Source: a virus (taxonomy: Duplodnaviria > Caudoviricetes). From it: a stretch of 60,068 nt of DNA. Of the stretch, positions 1-9,527 are shown piece by piece. The translations under genes and the position numbers were made by a program. The notes under the pieces were generated by a model. It made no database searches and had not been told where the DNA came from. It saw only the letters and a program-made list of their open reading frames with translations. Each line of letters starts with the position of its first letter. The first letter of the stretch is position 1. The DNA lies in IMG/VR virus record IMGVR_UViG_3300009509_000023, positions 1 to 60,068 of that record; one strand, given 5' to 3'.

Positions 1-204
1 TGGGGGTGGGTGAGGCAGTGGCGGGAAGGGCACTACGAAGTAGGGTACAGAAGCGCGGGCGGTGGGAACATCTTCTACGCCGACGCTGCGTACATGAACT
101 TAGAGCAACGTCTAGTAGGCGTAGGCTCGATAAGGGAGAAAGTCCAAATCACGAAATCGTGGTTGAAAGAGATCGAGGAGGCACGTGATGCGAGCGGGAT
201 CTGA
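1..204 (+). CDS. Partial (5'-truncated) winged-HTH protein, paralog of the N-terminal domain of the downstream replication initiator
   Basis: Frame is open from base 1 (WGWVRQWREGHYEVGYRSAGGGNIFYAD). It aligns by eye with IGWVR...VYQLGVKGPGGTEVFFAD in the next ORF, and its stop overlaps the start of that gene. Confidence 0.6.
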   Translation, partial: WGWVRQWREGHYEVGYRSAGGGNIFYADAAYMNLEQRLVGVGSIREKVQITKSWLKEIEEARDASGI

Positions 205-1546
205 AAGCTTTCTTATCAAAGATTCAGCATACTATGCGTCGAAAATGACATCGGCCATAGGGCTGGATGCTGAGAGAATTTACGAGGAGCTTCGAGCGCA
301 CGTGTGGCGATCTCGTACCCAGGGGGCTTTGAAGATGCTCGCTGAAGTCAGAGAGGGCAGGCTCTCCTCCAACATGTGTAGAAAGTCCATCGCCAAGTCT
401 CTCGGACTGAGTGTCCGCACTGTTCAAAGGCGCCTCGACTTTCTGAGGGAGATCGGGTGGGTCCGGTCGGACAACGGGCATCGGACGGGCGAGGCGCTTG
501 TATATCAATTAGGCGTCAAGGGGCCGGGAGGAACAGAGGTGTTTTTTGCAGATGTGGACTGCAGAGAGTTTTACATCTCGCTGGAAGAGCGCGCCTCCCA
601 AGAAGAGCTGCCCTCGGTGAGTCGCCTGTCGGAAGACACAAGAATAGAGCTAGCCAAAGAGTGGATATCGAGAGAAAACAGGGACTTGAATGGGGTAATG
701 CCACAGAGTCACATCCCCTGTGCCACAGAGGCACTCAAACAGAGGGGGGATGTGCCACAGGGGCACTTAGTAATAGATAACCCCTTCGGGGGTATAATAA
801 ATAAGTCCGAGAAATATATGGGGCGCTCCGCGCCCAATAAAAATTCTGGGACTTCTAAAAGTACGCAGCGGCAGGCTAAAAAGCCCCCTGATTCTGGTTT
901 AGAGGACGAGAAAGAGATAACCACGTCTGCTCTTGACACTGGTTCCGATAGGTTAGCGGCTGCTGAGAAAGTGGCTGATACTGCCGCCGAAGAGTCCGAC
1001 ATCCAGATCGATAAAAACAGAATCAAGCGAGAGCGGCGGAAGCGCGTGGATGGAAGTTTGAAGGACCTGTCCCGCAAGGATCAGAACAGGGCGAACCTTC
1101 GCGGCGGTACGAGTAAGACGAACAGTACGAGAAAAGCAGCTCGTAACCTTTGGGATCTCTACGAAGAGCTGATTCACGAGATCGATGAGAGCGCCCCGGT
1201 CGCGCCCTTCAATGCTGATGGTAACGAGAAGGCACGAGGCCAGCTCTACAACCTGATTGGAATGTACGGCGAAGCGACTATCGCTCTGACTCTTCGATAC
1301 GCCTTTCGCAACTGGGAGCCGATCACCAAAAGGCTCTTCAAAAAGGAGACGGGGCTCCCGAATATCAGCCTCATCGTAGCCATGCACGACACGCTCGTGA
1401 GAGAGGCTGCGATCTGGTCGAAGCATCGTGGGGTATTCGATGAATGGGACGACTGGAGTCGAGATAATCCTGCTCTCAGACCACCAGCCGCTATGAGGGA
1501 GAGGTACGCCGACGCTTGTAAAGAGCTGAAGGCCTTGGGGCTGTAG
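188..1546 (+). CDS. Phage replication initiator (N-terminal winged HTH, lambda O-like role)
   Basis: HTH-like RKSIAKSLGLSVRTVQRRLDFLREIGWV; RBS GAGGAGG; directly upstream of DnaC-like and DnaB genes; internal iteron-like repeats. Confidence 0.7.
   Translation: MRAGSESFLIKDSAYYASKMTSAIGLDAERIYEELRAHVWRSRTQGALKMLAEVREGRLSSNMCRKSIAKSLGLSVRTVQRRLDFLREIGWVRSDNGHRTGEALVYQLGVKGPGGTEVFFADVDCREFYISLEERASQEELPSVSRLSEDTRIELAKEWISRENRDLNGVMPQSHIPCATEALKQRGDVPQGHLVIDNPFGGIINKSEKYMGRSAPNKNSGTSKSTQRQAKKPPDSGLEDEKEITTSALDTGSDRLAAAEKVADTAAEESDIQIDKNRIKRERRKRVDGSLKDLSRKDQNRANLRGGTSKTNSTRKAARNLWDLYEELIHEIDESAPVAPFNADGNEKARGQLYNLIGMYGEATIALTLRYAFRNWEPITKRLFKKETGLPNISLIVAMHDTLVREAAIWSKHRGVFDEWDDWSRDNPALRPPAAMRERYADACKELKALGL
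698..805. promoter_or_regulatory. Putative replication origin: three iteron-like palindromic repeats followed by an AT-rich tract
   Basis: ATGCC-ACAGA-GTCAC (698-712), GTGCC-ACAGA-GGCAC (720-734), GTGCC-ACAGG-GGCAC (752-766), then TTAGTAATAGATAA...TATAATAAATAAG, all inside the initiator gene. Confidence 0.65.
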
Positions 1547-2140
1547 ATGGACGAGCGAAAACTTGATCGGAACGACATGCGCCGCATGAGCATCCCGAGA
1601 GAGTACTGGGATGTGACGATCGATCACGTGGCGGAATCGGTTCGAGCTAACATAGCGAATTATATAAAGAACTTCGACGAAGCTGCGGATAAAGGAGCGG
1701 GGTTACTGCTCTGCGGCTCCGTCGGTGTCGGCAAAACGACCGCGGCGGTGGTCGTAGCTATGAAGGTTCGCGCGCGAGCGCGCACAGCGTTGTTCACGAG
1801 AGTGTCAGAGCTTCGCGACCTGCTTAGAAGGCGCGAGATGTTCGATGGTGATGTGCTGGTGTCGGAGCGTATTCGGGAGGTCGATCTACTCGTGCTGGAC
1901 GATCTTCAAGAGTCGGACGCGTTGGAGCGGGTTTTTTCTCTATCTGAAATTGGCCAACTGGTTCGATTCAGGTCCTCATGGTGTAGGCCAACGGTTATTA
2001 CAACGAGGGCGAGTGTCGTCAGTCTAGAAGGGATTCCGGACGCAGGTAGATTTCTAGACGTTACGATACCTATCCACGTCACGGGAGAGAATCGATACTC
2101 CGAGCTAGAGGGCGAGATATTGCGGTTAGTACAGGGGTAG
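1547..2140 (+). CDS. DnaC/IstB-like AAA+ helicase loader
   Basis: Walker A GSVGVGKT, Walker B DLLVLDDL, PTVITT motif; lies between initiator and helicase. Confidence 0.85.
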   Translation: MDERKLDRNDMRRMSIPREYWDVTIDHVAESVRANIANYIKNFDEAADKGAGLLLCGSVGVGKTTAAVVVAMKVRARARTALFTRVSELRDLLRRREMFDGDVLVSERIREVDLLVLDDLQESDALERVFSLSEIGQLVRFRSSWCRPTVITTRASVVSLEGIPDAGRFLDVTIPIHVTGENRYSELEGEILRLVQG

Positions 2141-2143
2141 GGG

Positions 2144-3484
2144 ATGAGCGCGTCCGATTTGGATATGTGGTTCGTGTCGGCACTTCTGAGAGCTGACATA
2201 TCGTCCACTCGTCAAGCGGTGATACGAGGGGTGGATAGCTCGTATTTGCACGGCAACGGTCGGAAGGTCTGGGAATTCACCCAGGACTACATGAAAAAGT
2301 ACAACGAGCTGCCGGACATTGCGATTGTCGAGGCGCAGCTCAGCGTGACTCTTCCCGTTCCGCCGCCAGCTCCCGAGGACTACTTCACCGATGAAATTCT
2401 CGACCGACGCCTATACAATGAGATCGGGAAGCAGCTGGCCGAAGTCGATCACTGGCATCGGGCGCAGGATCCTCACGCCTCCTACGCGGCTTACGAGGAC
2501 GGCCTTCGCGCTGTGAGAAAACTAGGTGTTGCTACTCAGAGGACGGTGAGCCTGCTATCGCTCGGGCCGGACTTCCGAGAGTACTACGAGAAGATACGAG
2601 ACGGGCATCGAGGCGTTCTGACTCCGTGGCCTACGGTGAATGAGGCTACGCTGGGGTTCTGGCCGGAGGACTTCATCCTCTACGTGGCTCGGCTCGGTGT
2701 CGGTAAGACGTGGGCGCTTGTGATCATCGCGAATCACGCCTGGTCGGTGCAGAAAAAGCGAGTGCTGTTCATCACGACAGAGATGGGCCGCGAGAAGATC
2801 TACCAGCGGTGGATCGCAGTTCACAAAAAGTACCCCTATGACCTGCTGCGCAAGGGGATGCTCGGCGCGTTCTCCGAGCAAGTCATGTTCGACTGGATCG
2901 AGAAGGTTCAACACGATGACGGTCTGTACATCATCGGAGGCGACTTCGACTTCAGAATCGAGAGCGTCGAAGCCGCCATCGAGGAGCGAGAGCCCGACAT
3001 CATTTTTCTCGACGGCGCCTACCTGTTGAAAGTCGAGGGAGCGTCTAGGCAGGAAAGAGCCGCAAACTCTTACGATGAGCTGAAGCGCATAGCCAAGCGC
3101 AACCATCTTCCGTTGGTCGCTTCAACGCAGTTCAACAGAGAGGTGAAGGGGAACAAGACCTCGAGCCTTGGCGCGGAGAAGATCGCCATGTCGGACACTG
3201 CCGGGTGGAACGCCGACCTCATCTATGGTTTGATTCGGACGGAGGACATGGTGCAGGACAATCGGATGCTCCACTACCCGTTGAAATTCCGCGAAGGAAG
3301 AGGCGAGGACCTCGAGACGCATTGGGATTTCGACACCATGAATTTCGACGAGCTGCCGAAGGGCGCGGCCGCGGCAGCAGCTGGAGGAGCTGGAGCGCCT
3401 GGAGCTGCTACGGCTCCAGCGCCAGACCCGGACCCAGACCCCGATGTCGGGGCGCTCTTTGGAGATGATGCGGATCCGTTCTAA
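2144..3484 (+). CDS. dnaB: Replicative DnaB-like (SF4) helicase
   Basis: ARLGVGKT Walker A, FITTEM, DIIFLDGAY Walker B, STQFNR, KFREG; Ala/Gly/Pro-rich tail ending DDADPF. Confidence 0.9.
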   Translation: MSASDLDMWFVSALLRADISSTRQAVIRGVDSSYLHGNGRKVWEFTQDYMKKYNELPDIAIVEAQLSVTLPVPPPAPEDYFTDEILDRRLYNEIGKQLAEVDHWHRAQDPHASYAAYEDGLRAVRKLGVATQRTVSLLSLGPDFREYYEKIRDGHRGVLTPWPTVNEATLGFWPEDFILYVARLGVGKTWALVIIANHAWSVQKKRVLFITTEMGREKIYQRWIAVHKKYPYDLLRKGMLGAFSEQVMFDWIEKVQHDDGLYIIGGDFDFRIESVEAAIEEREPDIIFLDGAYLLKVEGASRQERAANSYDELKRIAKRNHLPLVASTQFNREVKGNKTSSLGAEKIAMSDTAGWNADLIYGLIRTEDMVQDNRMLHYPLKFREGRGEDLETHWDFDTMNFDELPKGAAAAAAGGAGAPGAATAPAPDPDPDPDVGALFGDDADPF

Positions 3485-3930
3485 TGCCAGCAAGACAAAC
3501 GCCAGTACTGGTCAAGCATTGCGCCCTCGCTATTTACAAGAGCGGGTGGTGTACGGGATCGAAGGTGGAGCGAGTACAGCAAGCGTTGGACATCGCTGTG
3601 CACCGTCTGATCGAGTACAAATTTTTGTGGAAGAACGCCGGGAAGGTCGCCCCGGAAAAGATAAAACTCACAGCGAAGGGGCAGAAGGCTGAAGCTCGCC
3701 ATCGAAGGGAGAAGAACGCGAAGATCAAAACAGATGCGTGGAATGCGCTCTACAAGTTGATTCAGGAAGAGGCAGAAGAGGACGACGGTTCAGGAGGCAC
3801 GTCTCAAGAGGCCGGCGATGTCGGAGAGCCCGCGAAAGGCTCGAAGCAGAAGAAGCGCCGCCGGTTGGCGCACTCGGCCAGGCGTCGGCCAAAGAGGGCG
3901 AAGCGTGTAAAGCGTGCCAAGAGAGGGTGA
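3484..3930 (+). CDS. Hypothetical basic protein
   Basis: Translationally coupled (TAATG) to dnaB; K/R-rich C-terminus; no recognisable family. Confidence 0.65.
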   Translation: MPARQTPVLVKHCALAIYKSGWCTGSKVERVQQALDIAVHRLIEYKFLWKNAGKVAPEKIKLTAKGQKAEARHRREKNAKIKTDAWNALYKLIQEEAEEDDGSGGTSQEAGDVGEPAKGSKQKKRRRLAHSARRRPKRAKRVKRAKRG

Positions 3931-3931
3931 G

Positions 3932-5041
3932 ATGGACATCAAGCACATAGAGAAGTTCGTCAGAGGACTGGGGTGTAGGGAGATTTCTAGCGGGAATGGC
4001 TGGGTGCGCTGCACGTGTCCGGCGGATTATCTGCATGGGGGAGGGAAGGATCGCAAACCATCATTCGCTATCAGAATCGTGCCCGGCGGTGAGAGTCGAT
4101 GTCGCTGCCAGGCGTGCGGTGTTCACGGTTCTTTGACTCACCTGCTTTGGAAGCTGAAGGCGGATACGGGCCTGTCGAAGCCCGAGCTGTTCGAGCTGTT
4201 GACGAAGCACAATCAGATAGACGCCGAAGCCGTGCTTGATAAGCCCGAGCACCACGAGCGAAAGGACGCGCACAAGAGGCAGTACGTTCCGAGAATAGCG
4301 CGCAAAAGCAACTTCGTTCACCCCGACGACGAGCCGCAGAGTGTTGTTCCAGAAGCATACCTAGATCGACTGAGAGACATTCCCGATCATGCGGTGAAGT
4401 ACTTGTACGGTCGAGGAATAGAGCAGGAAACGATAGATAGGTGGGAGCTGGGTTGGCTCGACCAAGACGGGCGCATTGTCATTCCGATACGAGATGAGGA
4501 AGGAAAACTTGTTGCAGTAAGCGGTCGCCTTTTGAACTCGGACCAATGTGTTTGCGGCGGGATGATGGAAGCCTCTTCCAGCGGAAAGACCAGATGCGGT
4601 ATGTGTCATCGCGCTCCGCCGCCAAAGTATCTTCACTCATCAGCGTTTAAGCGAGATCGCGTGTTGTTTGGAGGTCATCTCCGCAACCCTTCCATTCGCA
4701 AGGGATACCTGTTCGAGGGATTTTTCCAGACGATCTTCTCATCGCAGTGCGGGTACTCGAACACGCTCGCGCGTATGGGGACGCATTTGAGCTTTCAGCA
4801 GGCGGAGAAGCTGGTCCGGTGGTTCGACCATCTGATCATCGTTCCCGACGGAGATAAACCCGGGCGCGACGCGGCGGAGAAGGACGCTAAGATGTTGGAG
4901 CTGTTGGAGGTCGAAGGCGATTCGTCTGGCATCCTGAAAATATCAAAGATCGAAATCGCGGATATGCCGGATGGTGCGGACGCTGACAGCCTCGATCCAG
5001 ATAAATTGCGCGAGCTTCTGGGCCCTATAAATTCGGCTTGA
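3932..5041 (+). CDS. DnaG-type primase (Zn-binding domain plus TOPRIM)
   Basis: N-terminal CP..H..C..C, YLYGRGI, RIVIPIRD...VSGR, PKYLHS, TOPRIM FEGFF, PDGDKPG, DADS. Confidence 0.9.
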   Translation: MDIKHIEKFVRGLGCREISSGNGWVRCTCPADYLHGGGKDRKPSFAIRIVPGGESRCRCQACGVHGSLTHLLWKLKADTGLSKPELFELLTKHNQIDAEAVLDKPEHHERKDAHKRQYVPRIARKSNFVHPDDEPQSVVPEAYLDRLRDIPDHAVKYLYGRGIEQETIDRWELGWLDQDGRIVIPIRDEEGKLVAVSGRLLNSDQCVCGGMMEASSSGKTRCGMCHRAPPPKYLHSSAFKRDRVLFGGHLRNPSIRKGYLFEGFFQTIFSSQCGYSNTLARMGTHLSFQQAEKLVRWFDHLIIVPDGDKPGRDAAEKDAKMLELLEVEGDSSGILKISKIEIADMPDGADADSLDPDKLRELLGPINSA

Positions 5042-5066
5042 CAATTGGCCGATCATTAGGTAGTTT
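5038..5066 (+). promoter_or_regulatory. Sigma70-like promoter
   Basis: TTGACA (5038-5043), 17-nt spacer, TAGTTT (5061-5066); the -35 box overlaps the primase stop codon. Confidence 0.55.
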
Positions 5067-5114
5067 TCCAATTTGCCGTGATGGCGTGTGGTGGCTTTGA
5101 GCCAGGAGGTAAAG

Positions 5115-5705
5115 ATGACTGTTCGGACCACAACGATGCAGACCTGTGATCGTTGCATGAAGCCATTCAACGAGAGGTATTTGAAGGCGGGAGAGGCTGT
5201 ACCCGTGTTCAAACAGAAGGGCCTAGTCGTGACCGAAACGACGGGATCGAGCCAAGAGAAAGAGCCGAAGTACTCCGTGCTCTTCACGTTCGAGGACATG
5301 TGCCCGGAGTGCCAGAAGTCGGTGGCTAACTTGCTGGACAAGGTTCGTCTCGATGCGAAGCCTGCGACCAATAAGCGTGGTCCAGCGAAGAGGAGAAACC
5401 GCAAGAAGAAGGACGAGCCGAAGACTGAGGAGTACACCGAAGCGAAGGTGGTGCCTGAGAAGACCGAGCCAGAGCCGACGCCCGAGCCCGAGAAGACCGA
5501 GCCCGAGAAGGAAGAGCCGGCTGCCGAAACGAAGGCGAAGGACGCCTCGAAGGAAAACTCTGGAGGCAACGGAGCCGATTCCGAGATCAATGAAGACAAC
5601 CTGATTGTCGACCCCGCCACGGGGGACAAGTACGACAAGAACACCGGAGAGGTCGTAGTACGGGGAAAATCCGCTGAAGCCGGCGGAGAAAAGCACCCGT
5701 TCTAG
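5115..5705 (+). CDS. Hypothetical protein with Zn-finger (CDRC...CPEC) and E/P/K-rich region
   Basis: RBS AGGAGG before ATG 5115; two CxxC pairs; PEKTEPE repeats; ends EKHPF. Confidence 0.7.
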   Translation: MTVRTTTMQTCDRCMKPFNERYLKAGEAVPVFKQKGLVVTETTGSSQEKEPKYSVLFTFEDMCPECQKSVANLLDKVRLDAKPATNKRGPAKRRNRKKKDEPKTEEYTEAKVVPEKTEPEPTPEPEKTEPEKEEPAAETKAKDASKENSGGNGADSEINEDNLIVDPATGDKYDKNTGEVVVRGKSAEAGGEKHPF

Positions 5706-5753
5706 ATAGGCCGGATGGCCAAACAAGGATCGTGAGATCTACAGGAGGAAGAC

Positions 5754-6533
5754 ATGGGCGGAGCACCGTGGTTGCAACAAGGGTTCGATGGCATCAACAA
5801 GGAAGAGCAACGCCTTGCTGAGCAGTACGGACCCCATCGCTTCTGGATCAAGGGAGGCGACTCGAAAGATCTCGTGTGGGTCGATGACGACACCGCGTGC
5901 ATCTACGAGCACAACCCGAAGATCGGAGGCTCGTACATGAACTGGTTCACCTGCCTCGAAGGTGTTTACGATGAGGTAGTGTGCTGCCAGAAGCTCGGAC
6001 CGAAGAGCCGGACCTACGTCGGATATTTGACCGGCGTGGATTGCACGGCGTGGCAAGACCAGCGCGGGAACACGCATCAGTATGAGATGCGTCTCGTCCC
6101 TCTCAAACTCCGGTCGCTGAAGAAATTCCGCCGGAAGAAGGAAGACCGCGGATCGATGGTCGGCACGATGTGGAAGATGAATCGTGAAGACGACAACGCG
6201 GCGTCGGTTGGAGACGACTGGGACTTTGTTCGTGATGTCGACATGAAGAAAATGTTCGATGTCGTGTGCTATCGAGGGAAGAAGCTCGAAGAGATATGGC
6301 AGGAGGCGGAGAAAGACGCCGAAGCCATGGTTCGGCTTCAGAGGACCTTCAAGATCGAGCCCGGCGAGGACGGCAAGTTGCTTCGTATCGTTCCCCCGTT
6401 CAACTACTTCAAGATCTTGGAGCCGAAGACCCCGAAGGAGCTTCGCTTGCTTCTCGGGGCCGTCGAGCTGGACGAGAAGAAGCCTGGAAAGTCAGGGAAG
6501 GGCGCGGCCCAAGAGGACAACGTTCCTTTCTAG
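5754..6533 (+). CDS. Probable phage single-stranded DNA-binding protein (gp32-like)
   Basis: Strong RBS; RFWIK...EH...FTC...C pattern typical of phage SSBs; acidic-aromatic C-terminus EDNVPF; replication context. Confidence 0.65.
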   Translation: MGGAPWLQQGFDGINKEEQRLAEQYGPHRFWIKGGDSKDLVWVDDDTACIYEHNPKIGGSYMNWFTCLEGVYDEVVCCQKLGPKSRTYVGYLTGVDCTAWQDQRGNTHQYEMRLVPLKLRSLKKFRRKKEDRGSMVGTMWKMNREDDNAASVGDDWDFVRDVDMKKMFDVVCYRGKKLEEIWQEAEKDAEAMVRLQRTFKIEPGEDGKLLRIVPPFNYFKILEPKTPKELRLLLGAVELDEKKPGKSGKGAAQEDNVPF

Positions 6534-6649
6534 TTAGTGGTCGGACGGATGGGTCTCAGCTCCTAGGCCTTCTTTGTGGGTAGAGAAGCACGACTGTGCA
6601 TGGGGCACCCCTTACCTTGCGACCGCCGGTCGCTGACGGGAGGATGGGC

Positions 6650-6883
6650 ATGCCTGATAAGAAACTTCTATTTGTGCGAATTCACTTAGGGAAGCAGAAA
6701 ATGGACGTGGGTGTGGAGGATCGCTCCCAAGACAAGGGACGTATCGTCGAGTACGAGTGGAAGACAAAGGAGCCGTCCGATGTGCCGCCGGAGAAGTGGT
6801 ACGACACCGTCGTTGGGGAGATCGCCTATCAGCGAGCTGAAGATCTGAAGAAGGCTTCGGGTCGGTATATACCCGGAGTGTGA
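6650..6883 (+). CDS. Small hypothetical protein
   Basis: RBS GGGAGGA before ATG 6650; fills the gap to the helicase gene. Confidence 0.55.
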   Translation: MPDKKLLFVRIHLGKQKMDVGVEDRSQDKGRIVEYEWKTKEPSDVPPEKWYDTVVGEIAYQRAEDLKKASGRYIPGV

Positions 6884-6884
6884 T

Positions 6885-8225
6885 GTGGATGTGATAGTCG
6901 ACTCGTGGGCGTGGTTGGACAAGTCAGCGCTCACACCGGATCAAATCGTCAACATGGAAAGAATGTTGACGGTCCATCCTCAGAAGATGGGGGACTTTCC
7001 GGGGGACGACCCAGAGCCCATACCCCTCTACGTGAACAACAACGACAGCCGATTCGGAGTGCCTAGAGAGTTCTTTTTCGAGCATCGACGCCCGGTTCAT
7101 CGGGTGGACCTGCGAGTGACAGAGGGGTCTCGAGACTCGTTCTGGATGGCAGAGTTTGTAGGCGTGCTCCGTCCGGAGCAGCGAACAGCAGTGAGAGAAG
7201 TCGTTTCTCAATTCGGAGCTGGGCGACTTGGTGGGATAGTCCAAGCGAAGCCTGGATGGGGGAAGACGGTAGCTGCGCTAGCTATAGTGGCTGAGCTTCG
7301 ACTGCCGACGCTCGTGGTGGTCCACAAAGAGTTCCTCATGAATCAGTGGTCGGAGCGGATACAGAAGTTCCTTCCGGCTGCCAAGATCGGTCGAGTTCAA
7401 CAGGATGAATGCGATTTCGAGGGAAAGACCGTTGTCATGGGAATGGTTCACTCCCTCGGGTCGAAGCACTATCCGAGTGAGTTTTATGAGTGGCCTGGGT
7501 TGGTGATAACGGACGAGTGCCACCGCATAGGGGCGAGGACGTGGAGCGTTGTTCCGCCATTGTTCAGGGCGAAATACAGGCTCGGTTTCACGGCCACACC
7601 TCGGAGAAAGGACGGGGCCGATGCTGTATTCTGGAGGCATATCGGTCCGATCATATTCGCCGGGAAAGAGGAGCGACTGAAGCCTCTGGTAAAGAGGGTG
7701 TGGACGAAGTTCCGGCTGGTGAAGACCGACCGCTTCAACCCGCACCTCGCTCCGCAATCGCTGCTTCTCCGGTTTCTTTGTGGAAGTAAGCACCGGAATG
7801 ATCTGATCGTTGACCAAGTGACGGCGGCGATCTCGGCTGGGAGAAAGTGTCTGGTTCTCAGCTCTCGGCTGAACCATCTGCAGAACCTGGAAGATTTACT
7901 GAAGAAGCAGTGGCCAGGCACGGCGAAAGACATATCCATAGGCAAGTATGTTGGTGGCAGAAACAAAGACCAGCTCGAAGAGGCGTCGGAGCGTCAGGTG
8001 ATTCTGGCAACGGTCCAATACGCAGCCGAAGGGCTAGACATACCTGCACTAGATACGCTGTTTTTGACGGTTCCGATGAGCGATGTGGAGCAGGCTGTTG
8101 GTCGGATACTTCGCCCGTACCACGGGAAGAAGGACCCCATCGTTGTCGATTTCAGAGACGACTCGATACCGATGTTCGAGGCCATGGGGAGAAAGAGAGA
8201 TAGGTTCTACTCGAAGGTAACTTGA
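6885..8225 (+). CDS. Superfamily 2 DExH helicase (UvsW/XPB-like)
   Basis: LRPEQ, PGWGKT, DECH, FTATPRRKDG, EGLDIP, QAVGRILR. Confidence 0.9.
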   Translation: MDVIVDSWAWLDKSALTPDQIVNMERMLTVHPQKMGDFPGDDPEPIPLYVNNNDSRFGVPREFFFEHRRPVHRVDLRVTEGSRDSFWMAEFVGVLRPEQRTAVREVVSQFGAGRLGGIVQAKPGWGKTVAALAIVAELRLPTLVVVHKEFLMNQWSERIQKFLPAAKIGRVQQDECDFEGKTVVMGMVHSLGSKHYPSEFYEWPGLVITDECHRIGARTWSVVPPLFRAKYRLGFTATPRRKDGADAVFWRHIGPIIFAGKEERLKPLVKRVWTKFRLVKTDRFNPHLAPQSLLLRFLCGSKHRNDLIVDQVTAAISAGRKCLVLSSRLNHLQNLEDLLKKQWPGTAKDISIGKYVGGRNKDQLEEASERQVILATVQYAAEGLDIPALDTLFLTVPMSDVEQAVGRILRPYHGKKDPIVVDFRDDSIPMFEAMGRKRDRFYSKVT

Positions 8226-8249
8226 CAATCGAAAGGTATTTGGTAGACC
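8222..8249 (+). promoter_or_regulatory. Sigma70-like promoter, possibly giving a leaderless or very short-leader mRNA
   Basis: TTGACA (8222-8227) overlapping the helicase stop, 16-nt spacer, TG-G-TAGACC; ATG is 7 nt downstream. Confidence 0.45.
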
Positions 8250-8256
8250 GAGGTGT

Positions 8257-9057
8257 ATGCCGAGCGACACGGAAACTCGTAGCTATTTCCAGAAGTGGTA
8301 CGACCAGCGCAGAGACGCTTTCAACAAAAAACGGCGAGAGCGATATGCTGATGATGAAGAGTACCGAGACAAGGTGAACACCTGGAATCAAGAGACCCGA
8401 GAGAAACGCCGCAAAGAGGCTCAGAGGGAAGAGTCGGAGGCTAAGAGGGCGGTGAAGCTGAAGTCGTCAGGATCGTGGAAAACGATCGAGGTGGAGGTTG
8501 ATGGTGTTGTCGTTCCGATGTACACCATCAGCGCTCTGGCTAAGGCGGTCGGGAAGGGCATCTCAACCATACGCGTGTGGGAGAGGAACGGCACTTTGCC
8601 GGAAACACCGTATAGGTCGGATCGCGGGGACAGGTTGTACACCCTGGAGATGATCGAGAACCTTCAGCGAGCGCTTCAGAAGGCGGGAAAACTCGATATT
8701 GCGGTGCTGAAAGAGAAGAAGAGACCCGCCTACGTCGAACGCTTTGTGAAATTCAAGTTGCTAGATGAGCCGGTGAAGATGCGCCTCTACAAGGTAGGAA
8801 CCTTGGCGAAGGCGCTGGATCGCACTGTGATAGCTGTGGTTCAGATGGAGAAGAGAGGGGTGCTACCCAGGACTCCTCTTGTCGCGTCATCCCTGGAGTA
8901 CAGGCTTTACACTCTCGACATGATCGAGGTAGTGCAGAAGATGCTCAGCAGGTACGGAGGAAGCATCCGAGCAAAAGCCGATTGGAATGACTTTCGGGAT
9001 GACGTTCTGGATGGATGGACGAAGCTAGGAATCATGGAAGCGAGGGTGGTGGAATGA
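8257..9057 (+). CDS. DNA-binding protein with two MerR/Xis-like HTH domains
   Basis: YTISALAKAVGKGISTIRVWERNGTLP...RLYTLEMIE and YKVGTLAKALDRTVIAVVQMEKRGVLP...RLYTLDMIE. Confidence 0.75.
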   Translation: MPSDTETRSYFQKWYDQRRDAFNKKRRERYADDEEYRDKVNTWNQETREKRRKEAQREESEAKRAVKLKSSGSWKTIEVEVDGVVVPMYTISALAKAVGKGISTIRVWERNGTLPETPYRSDRGDRLYTLEMIENLQRALQKAGKLDIAVLKEKKRPAYVERFVKFKLLDEPVKMRLYKVGTLAKALDRTVIAVVQMEKRGVLPRTPLVASSLEYRLYTLDMIEVVQKMLSRYGGSIRAKADWNDFRDDVLDGWTKLGIMEARVVE

Positions 9058-9527
9058 AGGCGAAAGCAGTTGGGCCGGGAGACGCTGTTACGACCGTCGA
9101 GGAGCAGCACGCCGAAGACCTGGACAACGTAGAAAAACTCATAGCCGAAGAGGATCGGATATTCGCTGGAGAAGACGGCCCATACAAAGCAGAGCCGATT
9201 GTTCTGACGGTCCGTCGCCAATACAAAGAGGAAGGCGATCTGGTCATAGACCCTGAAGAAGAGACGGAAGAGATCGCCATTCAGGACTTCTACGTTGAGC
9301 CTGCTCACTCTTCATTGAAGGTGAACCACACGCTGAACATGGGCCAGTATTGGTCCGCGTCGGTCCAGGTTGGTATCAACGTTCCACACTACCGAGAGGA
9401 GCACGAGGCGGCCTTCAAATTCGTTGCGAAGACGGTGGCCGAACGACTCGCTAAGGAGATTGTAAAGGCGAAGGACAGGACTGAAGAGCTGCGCAGCCGT
9501 CGTGGTCCCGGATCGGACTTGTTCTGA
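9054..9527 (+). CDS. Hypothetical protein
   Basis: Starts and stops overlap both neighbours; ends GSDLF. Confidence 0.65.
   Translation: MKAKAVGPGDAVTTVEEQHAEDLDNVEKLIAEEDRIFAGEDGPYKAEPIVLTVRRQYKEEGDLVIDPEEETEEIAIQDFYVEPAHSSLKVNHTLNMGQYWSASVQVGINVPHYREEHEAAFKFVAKTVAERLAKEIVKAKDRTEELRSRRGPGSDLF

Noticed and set aside
6534-6612. tRNA gene
   Set aside because: No T-loop GTTC motif, D-loop consensus or proper acceptor stem.
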